Below, piece by piece: positions 24,774 to 38,294 of a stretch of 64,000 nt of DNA. The stretch covers positions 34,788,401 through 34,852,400 of the forward strand of contig CM120641.1 in assembly GCA_051362555.1 (NCBI GenBank), in the 5' to 3' direction. Positions within the stretch are counted from its first letter, which is position 1, and each line of letters starts with the position of its first letter. Below the pieces are notes generated by a model. It was not told where the DNA came from and ran no database searches. It worked only from the letters and a program-made list of their open reading frames with translations. The translations under genes were made by a program, and so were the position numbers. This stretch comes from Lingula anatina (taxonomy: Eukaryota > Animalia > Brachiopoda).

Positions 24774-27700
24774 AATTATATTTTCATCAATTAACATTGA
24801 TTTGCCTGTTTTTCAGTGGACAAGATATCTAAAATAACAACATAAAACTGAATCAGGATCTGCTAATATTTTTGGAATACAATAATGATTAGATCTTTTC
24901 AATGGGAAAAAATGACCAATTGTTCAAATCCATTATTTGTAAGGATTAAATATATATTTCTGTGAACTGTAGTATTTATGGTGCTTTTACAGTATAGAGT
25001 GGAACTATAATATCTCGCTTTTCAGTTTTGTTAATTACTACCTTTCAGTGGGAATGTTCTAATTTTGAGAATTAATGATTTGAAAAAAAAATTATGATTT
25101 TCTTCATTGAAAAGATCAAGTCATTACTTCTTGTATTGCCTTTTTTTGTTGCCGGATGTCTGTGCTGTTGGCATGCTTTCTATTTACATGTATACTCTGC
25201 CTGTTCTGTCAAATTCCGTGATTTTAGTTCTATGTAGTTTTTAAAGCCACCTAGCTGTATGTGTTTTATGTAAAACTTTATTTAAGCCCCAAAACAGGTC
25301 AGCTCACTTTCATATCGTCGGCCTGTATCCATTGTGTCCAATTTTTATTTTTTATTTTTCATTTTTATTTATCTATTTAATTATTTATTTATTTTTGCAG
25401 GTTAATGGTCATACGGCACGTATGCTGTCTCCCAATTTTCACTCAAGCTGTGGTGGTGCAACACTGGGTTTCTGGTATAATGCTGATGGAAATGCTCTAG
25501 CTGGTCTGAATGTCAAGCTGAAGAAAGTTGGAAGCAGCGAGAATCTGTTGTGGAACCATGATGGAACTGATGAAGATGATGTCTGGCGTGAAGTAACACT
25601 GGAAATAGACTCGGACACAAATTTTCTTGTAAGAAGATTATTATATATAATTGACATTGCTTGAACCTAATTATATGTGTTTTAACTAAGTGTTTTATAT
25701 AAAGTTCTTAAATGCCTTTTATATTTTGACATTTGTGGTGTAGGCCTGTACTCACTTTACTCTGATCATTTACTTAGATTGTGTTTGAAACTGAATCCCA
25801 AGGACACGAAGGAGAATATGCAATAGATGACATTACTTTAACAGTCCCATCTGATTGTGGGGGTGAGTGAAGTTAAAAATGTGGATATTTGTATCCTCTA
25901 TAGGCAAATGGCTTTAACAGTTTTCAAGCATGACCAACTAGTATTGCAAGAGTATAATGAACATCTTTTTTCGCAAACAAGAATTACATATGTTAATAAA
26001 AAATGTTGTATTTTTAGATTGTCTGACTACAAAGATGCAAAATTGTACAGATCTACAAGTGTCAACAAGACAGGATGTACCAGTATGTTTATTAAGTTCA
26101 CTTGATATAAAAAAATAGAGAAGTAATACAAAGATGAGCTGATATATATTTTACATTTGTTTTAATTTTACAGTGTTAACCTACAATTTTACCTGTAACT
26201 TTGATACAAATGACTGTGGTGTTACCCAGCGAACAGATGACAATGGTGACTGGCAGCGTAATAGTGGTGCTACCAGCACATCAGGCACTGGTCCTAGCAG
26301 TGACCATTCAGGTTCTGGGAGCTACTTCTATATAGATGGCACAGACTTTGTAAGTAGCATGGTAATGACTCTATCTTTTCAGAGGGCAAAATTTATCAAA
26401 CTTTTGGATACAAAATTTTGTAATGACAAAAATCATATTTCCATGTAGCATTTGTGGTGCTTATAGCTGTCACCTGTGTCTGTTATTATTACATGTATGT
26501 AAAATGGAAGCGTATGTACATTTATTAGCTAGTGACCTTGAATGCAACACTTTACATGTTATTTAATTAGGGTGACCGAGAGTATGCTGCATTTGAAACG
26601 CCTGGCATAGATTTGGCCTATAATTGTAGTCTTGTGACACTGCGTTATTGGTACCATGGATATGGCAGTGATCTCCTCTCTTTGACTTCAAAGTTAGTGG
26701 ATGATGGGGGTGAACACTGGATTCACTTCATAAAAATTCTTTCGTACAATGAGTGGTTTCTTGTAGAATCTTCTTTCAAACCATTCAGTAAATTCAAAGT
26801 AAGTACTATCAATGATATTCTTCTCAATTTATAAATTTTTAAAAGTTTATAAGTAGTACATTTACATTATTTTAGGTATTGTTTTAATTCTTTAAAAAGT
26901 GAAATAACAGAATTATGAGAAGAAAATATGTTATGGTGCATACCAAATGTCATCTAAGTATTAGTTTCTCTAGACCTCTTATATTAATTTTTTAATGAGA
27001 TTTAAGCATGATTTAGCAGGCCTTTATAGTTCAGTTTATTGTTTTGTCCAGGTGCGATTTACAGCAACAAGAGATGATGGAGAACGAAGTGATTACGCAG
27101 TGGATGACATTTCCATTACTCAAACAGACTGTAATGAAAATGGTAATAGTTTATGTATATCATCTCTGCTGTGAGCAATACAAGATTTGATAAAAGAGAT
27201 CAGTTACAAATGCTATATCTAGTTTGATTGGTAATTGGCTACTTTAAAAAGCAAACCCCAATTGAAATTGACCAGTTTTCATTAATAAATTGAAAGGCAA
27301 TCAAAATAGTAATCTGACTGAGTAATCTATATTCATACATGGAAGTCTGCCCTGCTTTAAAATGACTTATGTAAACATCATATACATGTACAGGTCAATG
27401 ATAATTGAATAAATTAACTGTTCTTGTTTTCTAATAATAGAAAACATGTATGATTGGCTTTTCATTAAGCTTGTCAGGGGTGGATCCAGAGATATTTTCT
27501 GACAGTCTTCCAAATTATCTTTGTTGATCCATCCTCTATTTTTGACCTTCTTCCGACGGAAAAAATTGAATACCCATCAATGTAAACTTGAAAATCTGGC
27601 CATCTCTCTCGAATGCGATAAAAATGTTTGGAATGTTATTGGAATGTCATAAGAATATTAAGAATGCACTCATAGTGCAGTTAGAATACGTTTCAAATGC

Positions 27701-30700
27701 AGGCCCGTAGCCAGGGGGGGGTCAAGGGGTTCGAAAGAACCGCCCCTTTTGTCAGGAAAAGGTCCATTTTGGGTAAAATTTGACCTAGGTACACTTCAGT
27801 TTCATTGTAAAAGGTCCACTTTTTCAGAAAAAGAACCCCCCTTTTGAATTTGCTGGCTACGGGCCTGAAATGCCATTCGATATTTCTCCACGTGGAATGC
27901 ACTTCGAAAGTTTTTAGCATGAGAAAAACTTTTGGACTGGATGCAAGAATGAGCCCATATATTTGAAATGCGCTCAGGATTTTAAGAACGCACTTCTACA
28001 TGTAATATCCAGAATTAAACAAGGAATTTTCTTTCAGACTACATTTTAGCTCATTTCACCTCTAATGTGACCAGGGTATAAGGTGGTTAATCAATAGATG
28101 GAATAATTATCTTATGTTGGAAGCAACTACTGGGTATTTAATGGGCAATTCTGTTTTAAGCATGTTCTCAGTTAACTGATTGATTTATTAAGTTGGGTAT
28201 AATTTTTCATGTTTCTTCTGACAGAGACCACTTATTTGCACAGTATCTATGGTTTGTTTTAGCATTGACACAGTTCAGCTGTACATTTGAAGATGGGGTT
28301 TGTGGCTTTGAGCAGGATTGGGATGACGATACAAACTTCTTCCTGTCTACAAGACGGACTGTGAGCACTGGCACTGGACCTAGTGGAGATTATACAGATA
28401 TGTCAGATACAACTGGTTATTTCTTCTATTTGGAGGGGACTGACCCTTCACCTCAGGTAAGTGGAATTTCAAACTTAGTCTAACACCCCATTTCCATAGA
28501 TTAGATTGACCTACTTTAGATCGACCTAACTCCCTGGGGGTTCACGATAAATAGCTGTCAGCCGGGCGGACACGAAAGTTTATTACCCTCTTACAGCTTG
28601 TAGTAGGCGGGACAGACATTTAAGTCGGATTATCTGAAAGTAATCTAGTGAGACTCCCCGCGGGGATAGATCAATCTAAAATCTATGGGAATAGAGCCTA
28701 AAAGGGGGCATTCAGAACAAGTAGATCTGACAGATCAACGGATCAAATATGGCACCACTGACTCCAAAGCATGACAAGATTTAATTACTTTGCTCTTGCT
28801 GGGATGCTGTGTGTGGGAGGCAAGAATCCATTGTCAAGTGCATGCCTTAATTATTTGATATGTAGACTAGTTACCAGGTAGTCTGCAGGTAAACTTTGTT
28901 GTGAATGCTACCCCTTAGCAAAATATCAGGCCTGCTGCAAACTCTCTGGCAAATTTGCTGCAAATTTGCAAGAAATTCTGGCAAATTCGCTGCAAGTTTG
29001 CTGCTAATTTGCTGTGAATTTGCAGCATAATTTTGCAAATTTGCATGAACTTGAATACTTTCTTGTAAACTTACTGCAAACTTAAGTTGTTATTGCAAAT
29101 TTGTTGCAAATTAGCAGCAATACAATTTTTCTTGCAAACTCCTGCAAACTAGTTGCTGCAAACTTTTAGTTTGAGTCTTGTGACACTCACTGATGTACAC
29201 ATTTTGTGTAATATTTGTATAACAGTTTATATAACTTTTTAGTTACTGTTGATTTCATTCCATTATTGGAGGGTGCTACGGTATAAGTAAAGCAAAGGAA
29301 AGAAAGGGATGAGTCAGAATTGCGTAAATACTGGTATCCCAAAAAATTTCCTGAATTCAATATAATACATGCACCTTTCAAGTTAATTAGTACATGTATC
29401 ATTTCAGTTCATTTCATTGATCTTTGTTTTAAGCCCAATGGAGCAATAGCACGAGTACGAACACCTTGGATTGACCTTAGCTCAACTGGTGCCTGTGCGG
29501 CTGCTTTGAATTTCTGGTACCATGCTTTTGGTGCTTTTGGTGACTTAAGGGTTTATTATCACCTGGATGATGGTAGCAATGACAAACTACTTTGGTCACA
29601 AGGAGGCAGTTCAGAAGACAAATGGAAATCCATGTTATTACTTTTACCTCTTAAAAATATCAAGTTTCAGGTAATGATGCTGAAAATTCATTATATACCG
29701 ATATCTTTAAGTATATACCATATATAGATGTGATATAGATGTAAAGGAAATTGAAACAAATGATGCATTATGTTTCATGTACTTTGGGAATATATGTCAG
29801 ACTAAATCAAAGCCTCAAAGTCACATGAAGAATAATACATGTACTGTCACCATAGAATTTATATTTATGCCATATTCTTCAAATTTCAGATTGTTTTTGA
29901 AGCTCAGAGGGGAAATGATCATCGATCCGATTGTGCTATAGATGATGTGAACATTTTAACCCAGATGAACTGTAAGTATATATGAAAAAATAAAGAATTG
30001 CATAGATATTACAAAAAGCGAGGGATTTTGAAAATTTTAAGGAATTACTGTCAGATCTACTAGTAAGAGGAATTAACTTAATTAATATAACTCGATCAGT
30101 AGTAAAACAAAATGGAGCCAAAATAATTAACATACATCTTTTCTGCTATTGTTTGGTCTTCTTTTTATGCAATTTCATTATTGTTGCATTCCATTCAGTC
30201 TTAGAATACTGATAATATCTTTTGCAGATTGCATTTGGTATATATTTTAAGAGATGCTCAATGACTGTCATTTTCGTGCATTGTAATATAGAGGAAAAAA
30301 GCAAAAATATTTTTAAAACTATACCAAAGATATAATAAATGTGAATAATCTAGTAACATATTTTGATTTAATTAAAATTTCAATCAAATTAAATGTATTT
30401 ATAATACAAATTGCAACATTTTTGTGGCAATAGATATTTAGTGATGATGATGATGATGATGTACTTTGGATTCAGTTTAAGGTACAATAATGAATGGGAC
30501 TATAAAAGTTAATGGTACACTAGTACTGGGATGGAGGAGACAGATGCACAGTTATGGACTTTTAATTTCAGGTGAAAACCTTGCTTTTGGAAAAGAGGCA
30601 TTTGCTGGTAGCACAAATGCAGTTTCGCCTTATCAAGCTTTAGATGGACTCCTAGATCCAATTTATTCACATAAATCCTGCTGGGAATCTAATGCTATGA

Positions 30701-31008
30701 CAGATCCTTGGTTCGTAGTAGATCTTCAGAGATACACCTTTATTACAACTGTAACCATTACAGGAAGAGGGGACTGCTGCAGTAAGTTGAACTATGCACA
30801 TACCAATTGCTTTAATTGTTTGCTGAAAAGGAAAGTAAAGCATGATTGTGAATTTGTTTTTTTTTTTTTTTTTGAGTACATGTAAAAAACATTTTTTGAG
30901 AATTCAAATCGTGATGTATTGAAAATATCTAAAAATAATTGGACCTGCTGTTAGGGTTACAACTTATTTTACACTCCATCAACCTCAAAGCCATTTGTTT
31001 GTTGTTGA

Positions 31009-31056
<48 letters not shown>

Positions 31057-34000
31057 GTCATATACTCATGGTATCTTACCTGACAAAAACTGTGTTCCAG
31101 ATGACCGTCTTCATGACTTCATAATATCTGTGAGTGATGAGTTTGACATCGACAGAGGACATAACTCTAGTACTTGGAACTGGTGTTCCAACTTTACTGG
31201 AACATGGCCTGGAGGGGGAGCCACTGACACTTTTACTTGTGCCAGTCCACTAGCGGGCAGATATGTCTCCATTCAGATAGAAGGAAACAATGAAATTATG
31301 AATCTGTGTGAAATACAAGTGAAAGGAGATGATAATAATGGTAAAGAATTCAATCTGTTTAGATATTATGTTTATGTAAGGAATAATAGCATATAAACTT
31401 CAGGTTTTTGATTTACAAATATTTTTCCATAAGAAATATTATAAAAATGGTTTAAATTTTAATTTTAATTTTCACTGCACTACAAGGAACATGTATGAGC
31501 AAGGTATGATGGGAATTTTTTTTTTTTTTTGGTTCATTTTTTTATTGTCTAACATCTCTGCCCCACCATCTTCAGGTCTACCATACGAAACCAGCTGTGA
31601 CTTTGAGAACTCCACCATTTGCAACTTTAATCAGCTCACATCAGATCAGTTTGACTGGACTTTGAAGAGCGGATCCACTCCTACGGCAAGCACTGGACCT
31701 TCTGCTGACCCTATAACAAAAGAAAGCATAGGACATTACTTGTATATTGAAGTAGATGGACAAGTATGTGTACCAAATTTATCATGCATTATGAGATAAA
31801 AAATATACCCTTTTTCTGCTCTGGAACTGACATCTGTTTGTTAGTTATATTGTACATATATTACATGTAATACATGTACATGTTAGGAAAAAATTCTACA
31901 ATATAACTGATTTATTGAAGATACCTAATACATATATGTACTTATCCAACTTTTAGTCAAATGGTGCCATAGCTACTTTGGAAACTCCAGATCTTGAGGT
32001 TCATCAGTGTGGATTAGTGACTTTGAGATTCTGGGCACACATTTATGGTGGTGATGTCAATGCACTGACTGTAATATTACTTGAAAAGGAATCTGGACAG
32101 TCGACTTTCAACAGAAATATGAAACTTTTCCATCTAAATGAGGTCCAGAATGCATGGAAGGAACATACATGGATCCTACAACCATCTGGAATTACTAATT
32201 TTAAAGTATGTTTGTCTGCCTGTCTGTCTTTCCATCTGTTTGTACGTCTTTCTGTCTGCAAGCTTGTTTGTCTGTTTGGATGCCTAATAATGTTTGTCAA
32301 ATATATATATATATTTATGATAATGAATCCATTTGATTTACTGCCCATACCCATTTATTAATTATTTTTGGTAAACACTTTCAGTCTTAGTCCTTTTGCA
32401 AATAGAGTGATTCTGTATATGAACTAAGCAAAATAGTTGAGAAATTGACTAAAATTATATGTTTTCTTCTTGTTTGCTTATATAGATATTCTATACCTAC
32501 ATGTTTTTAAAACAAGCAAAATATTTTTCACCCCCTGTAAATTTTTTCAAGGCTTGATACATGTATGCAGAACAGTTTTTATGTCTCCTCCTGGTTAGAT
32601 ACCAAACTTCTTGTAATATACCAGTAGGTAAAAATAAACATCTACAGGGTACATTCTTTTTGTAGATTCAGTTTAATGGTATTGCTGGATCTGGAACTGG
32701 TGGAGATATAGCTATTGATGGTATCAGAGTGATTCAGGTGCCTGGCAACTGTAAAGAAGGTATGCCTGTACTAAAGTACAGCATAGTGTAATTTTCTGCT
32801 GTGTTTGTGTGTGTACTGAGTAGTTGATAGTGCCCTGAGTATGAACATTAATATGTACTCTCTGGCTCCTAATTGCCGCACATGTACAGGTATTTGTATC
32901 AAAAATTCCACACTGCACAGCCTTATTCCAGACTGCACACTATTAAAAAAACAAGTTTCCCCAGACCTGTTTGTGCACCACGTATATTGACCCATTTTAA
33001 CACTCAAGCGAGATCCACCATGGGGATGCCCTGTGTTTACTCTAGATTGTGACAGCAGTGCATTTCAGGACACATAAGCAATCACATCCAGTCACACTCA
33101 CATCAAGTGATAGATTTCTGGTTCTTTATTGGTCAATTTCCAAATGTCCACCCTGTATGTTTATTCGGGACCATACTATTACTAGATTTTGAGCATTTTT
33201 CCACCCTGTACTAATGTTCAAAACCGTATGGAACCAGAGAGTATATGTGTATTATAACTTATACAGATGTTTTCTTTGTTGACAAAGATTATGATTATGT
33301 GCTATATTTCAATGATATTTTCATGATGAATCTCAGCCATTATTGAAAGACCAAACCATGAATAATAATAACTCAAATATTGTTGAAAGAAAAACAAAAA
33401 AAGAAGGCAAACCACTCTCTTGCCTTGGGAGGTCCAGATCAGTCATATTGCACCCTCCACATAAGCAAAGTGAATTCGCCAAAGTCATGCGCCTCAGCTT
33501 ATCAATGGTCAAGATCAGTTATTTTCACATCATCTTTTATGGTCTTCCATTTCAGTTGTGTCCACCCCAGCATCCTTTCAATTTGACAGTGATAACTGTG
33601 GTTTCACACAGGATAAAGATGAAGAGTTGGAGTGGACTCTTTATAAGAGAGAAGCTCCAGGGAGGAGTAGCACTGGGCCACAGGCAGACCACACAGGGAA
33701 TGATGGATTCTACTACCTGCTGGAACCCAGATTTCAGGTTGTGCCTCTTTCAGCAATTTATTATTATAATTTTTTTTTTTTTTTTGGGGGGGGGGGGTAA
33801 GGCAGGGAAGAAGGGGGTTACATAATATTATTGATATCTATATATCTTTGATATGATATATTCTTTCTAATTTGTAATGATATCAGTTCTTAAATGTTTT
33901 GATTGGGAAAAATTGAGCTTATTATTATTATTATTTATAAATAGATAAAGTAAGTTTTTACTTTGATTTTAAAAAAATCTTTACTGGTTGGAAGAAATAC

Positions 34001-37000
34001 CCCTGTATGTTGACAATATGATTTTGCAGACTGCTTCTTCACAAGCCATAGCAAGGATAAGATCCCCATGGATAAACATTTCCCAGGAACACTGCCAGGC
34101 CACTGTAAGCTTTGAGTACCATGCATTTGGATCTCATTTGGTGACGTTCAATGTGAAATATCAGATAAATGGCAGCAGCCAGATATATACAGCATGGAGT
34201 CATGACGACAGTAGTCAAGATCAGTGGAGACATGTGGATGTCCTCATAAACACTACAGAGAGATTCCAGGTGAGACAGAGATAAGTTTGAACAAGCTTAA
34301 TTGATATGGTCAATTTTGACAATTCACAATGGTGAACTTTTTATGAATTGTTATAGGGATTAACGACATCACATCATTGGATCATGTGATTGTCTTCAGA
34401 GCATAGTGTAGATTGCTGTTCCTAATTTTGTCACAATTTCAGGTCATATTTGAAGGAATAAAAGCATCAGGTGCCACGGTGGATGACAGCTCTATTGCTA
34501 TTGATGATATAACAATAACAAATGCAGCCTGTGGTATGTTGATCATGAATATATCTATGAGACAGACATGTATACAGAGCCAATTTCTTTAAGAACATAA
34601 CACTATTTCTATTAATTCTTACTCCTAGCTGTCACTTTTAGGTCATCTGTCTGTAAGTTTCAGGATATGGTAACCCTTAGCAAAATTTCAGGCTCTCGAT
34701 CTGCACACAGTTTCTGCATATTAACAGAACTTAAAACAGATATACATATATTAGTTAAAGGATGAGGATGTTTAGTATCTTTGAAATCTTTGACCTAATA
34801 TATATTCTTTTAAAATGAGAACATATTTTTATGGCAATTTATGCTATTTCAGGATGCACACCTCCACCCAATGGTACCATGGCCTCTTACAGCCCAGTGA
34901 AAACCCACTATAGGAACTCAGAGGAGGTTCAGTACACTTGTGATGCTGGTTACTCACAGAGTGCAGGAAATATAAGCTTTACCTGTGGAGTGACTGGACA
35001 GTGGACAGGAGGGGCACCATTGGAGTGTGACCGTAGGGGAAATATCTAATTTTTATGGTTGAAACTTAAATTTTGTTTAGGAATAATTATCCCCATTCAG
35101 TTGAACAATTATTTTCTAACAAGTTCTAAGTACAATGTATTTCATGCAGTTAAATGTTTAAGATATAGTGATTTACAATATTTTGTAACCTCCCTGAGAG
35201 ACATTATGTATATGGAATACTTTGATGATATACTCTAGGATGTAGTGACCCTGGTGAGGGGGTGAATGCCACAAAAACAGTGGGGGGTTACCAGATAGGA
35301 GGAGATGTCACATATGGTTGTTTCCCAGGCTATGAGGTTGTCAATGGATCTCTAAGACTCACATGTCAGGCAGACTTTACTTGGGATGGATATCCACCAA
35401 CATGTGCATGTATGTCAATCATTTTAGAAACTTAAATTTAAATGTCACCCTTTTTTCTTTATCAGAACCTCAGAATCAGCAGAAACTATTCAAAAAAGGT
35501 TTATGAAATGACAAAAACTGTGATGACGATATTGTAAATAGTCTTTTCTTCATGGTAGTTTTCTATAGTATTATGGAAATATTTGTATCTATGCTTTGCC
35601 TCGTAAGAAGGCAACTGCTTATTGTAATGACATGTTTGTTCTCTCCAGACCTGGCAGATAAAACACAGTGCACCAGTCCTTGGGGTTATGGGTACTGGGG
35701 CAACTGCTTTATCATCAATTCAACAGAAGTTTCTCCATCTGAAGCCAGAAGGAAATGTTTGGAAGATGGTGGCTACATAGCTGTGCCTGCAGACGCTGGC
35801 ATGAAAAGTCACCTTGGGAACATCCTCTCCACTTTACCAGAGTACTCATCAATTTCAAAATGGCTGGTTGGCTTACACGATCCATATTCTTTAAATGTTT
35901 ATCGCAGTGTTGATGGCTCCTTCGCAGATGTTACAGGTATCATGGATACCAATGAACCATCTGATGTTTGGAGCCAATTCATGGTTATGTCACAGGGTAG
36001 TGGATATTTACTCCAGGATTTTAATGACTCAGCCTCCTCTTTTATCTGTCAAAAGAATTATGGTAAGTTCTTATGGAGAAAATAAGCAATCAGTCTATAT
36101 TGTTTAGATTAAATTAAAATAACAGATTTAAACAAATATAATTTTAAAAAGATTTATTTTAAACACATGCAATGCATGCATGCACGTACATGCTTTTGAA
36201 AGTTAATGTCAAAATTACAAAAGAAAAAAACTTGTACAACAAAAATTAATCCTTTTGTTAAGATTTAACTTTGTGACATGCTCCTCTTCAAAATGAGGCT
36301 ATTGTAAGTAGAGGTTTCAGATATTAATCCATTTTTCTACTTTATTTTCAAGGATACCTGGGATGCTACCAGAAACCAACAACCTCTAAAGCAGAAGTAA
36401 CCAGTGATAAACACATGTCAGCATTACAGTGTATAGAGTACTGCCGGGGACTTGATTACCCTATAGTTGCTGTGTCCCTCACTCACTGCTTTTGTAGAAC
36501 GAGCTATAATGATTTAGCAAAAGCTGATGAAATGATGTGTGAGCAGACGTGCACTGGGAATTCCCTGGAAAACTGTGGTGGTGCCAATCATGCCCTTTTG
36601 TTTATAGGCCGTAAGTATTGATGGTGGATACCTTAAGTTAGAGAATGAATAATTTTCCTTTTTTTATACAGTAAAACAAAATGAAATATGTCTAAATTTC
36701 TCTGAATAAAAAAACTCATTTTTTAATCATTTATCATGCTCAGGTAAGTTTATAGGAACAGGTAAACGGCTAATTAACATTCATAAGATCTTTCTTTGAA
36801 TTTGCCAAGGTAGCAATGTTATTGCATTGGTGTTACGAAAATTTTTTTCATTTCCCTAGCAATGTATCACTTCCAAGCGTTATCTTGTGAATCTCTAAAA
36901 AGTCAAGGTGTGGTTCTTCCTGGTAAATACTGGATACGCCCTGATGGGAAAGAGGTTTCTTGGAGGGTGGAATGCTTCATGGGTATGTCTGAAACATAAG

Positions 37001-38254
37001 AAAAACATGCTTGAAATATATTCTGAAACTTTGTTATTGCTGTCAACTGAATATAAAGTTAATGCAACTTGTTAAATGATGTATGTTTAGATTAGAGTAT
37101 CTGTCATTTTAGAAAATTATTTATTGGTTTAAATTTATCATCAGTATAATGTGTAAGGCCCCTTTCCCTTAGACACCGTTGGTCTATCTAGGTAAGATAA
37201 ATCTAACTCTGTGAGAACTCTCGCCAAGTCCAATCACCTTAACTGAATGCACAATTCCTCCTGCATTGCAAAGAATACAGAAAAGGTGCAAGTGCTTATA
37301 GGAGTTTGTTGGAAAGAAGAGGAGGTCTGTCATTCATTTAAGCTGATTGCACTCAGGGAGACTCTCCGCAGGTTTGTATTGGTCTATATAGACTGATACA
37401 TGTATGGTGTCTATGTGAATGGGGTCGAAGACAGACCTTGATTTTCCTTATTTACCTTTACTTGAATTAGAACCCTGCAGTGAGGCTCTGGTATCATCCA
37501 GTCAAGTAGAAGTGTCATCAGAAGCAGCAGAAGCCAACTTTCAAAAACAAAACATTCAGTAAGATTTGTTTACATATCATATATATACATATACCGGGGT
37601 ATATGTATAGTATACTTAGTAAATGCAAACATACATCTGCAGATGGAGCAGAGGAGTAAATGCAAACATAGGGTGCTTTCCCAGAGATTTAGATCGATCT
37701 AAAGATTAAGATTTAGATAGACCTAACTCCCTGGGGGTTTACGCTAAATTGCAGTCAGCCGAGCGGGCACCATAGTTAATTACCCCCTTACAGCTTTTAA
37801 TAGTTATCTAGTGAGACTCCCCACAGGGATAGATCGATCTAAAATGGAAATGGGGTGATACATCTGCAGATGGAGCAGAGGGATCCCCACCCCACCCTTT
37901 CTTGCTGCATGCCTGAATCATATCATATCACTAGAAATTAATTTTTTTCTTTCATGTAGATCTTAATCAATTTCCTTATTTAAAAGAAATTGTATGGGTT
38001 TTTTATGCAGCATACCAGGTGTGTAGAAATCAGGTTTTTATTAATGGTTTCCGAAATACTTTTCCAGTCTTTATGATGAAGGTGCATGGGCTCCAAATAC
38101 TTCTGATAGTGCCCCCTGGGTCAAGCTCACCTTTAATACCAGGCGTATTGTAACTGGGATTATCACGCAAGGTAGGGTAACAGTAATTTTTTTATAACAG
38201 GTAATAACTATAAAAATGATTAACTTTTGTGCTGTTGGGGAGACAATTTGGAAG

Positions 38255-38294
<40 letters not shown>

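Noticed and set aside
27720-27745. GGTTCGAA B-box-like motif suggesting a tRNA or SINE
   Set aside because: It lies within a TIR/TSD-bounded MITE; no A-box or cloverleaf.
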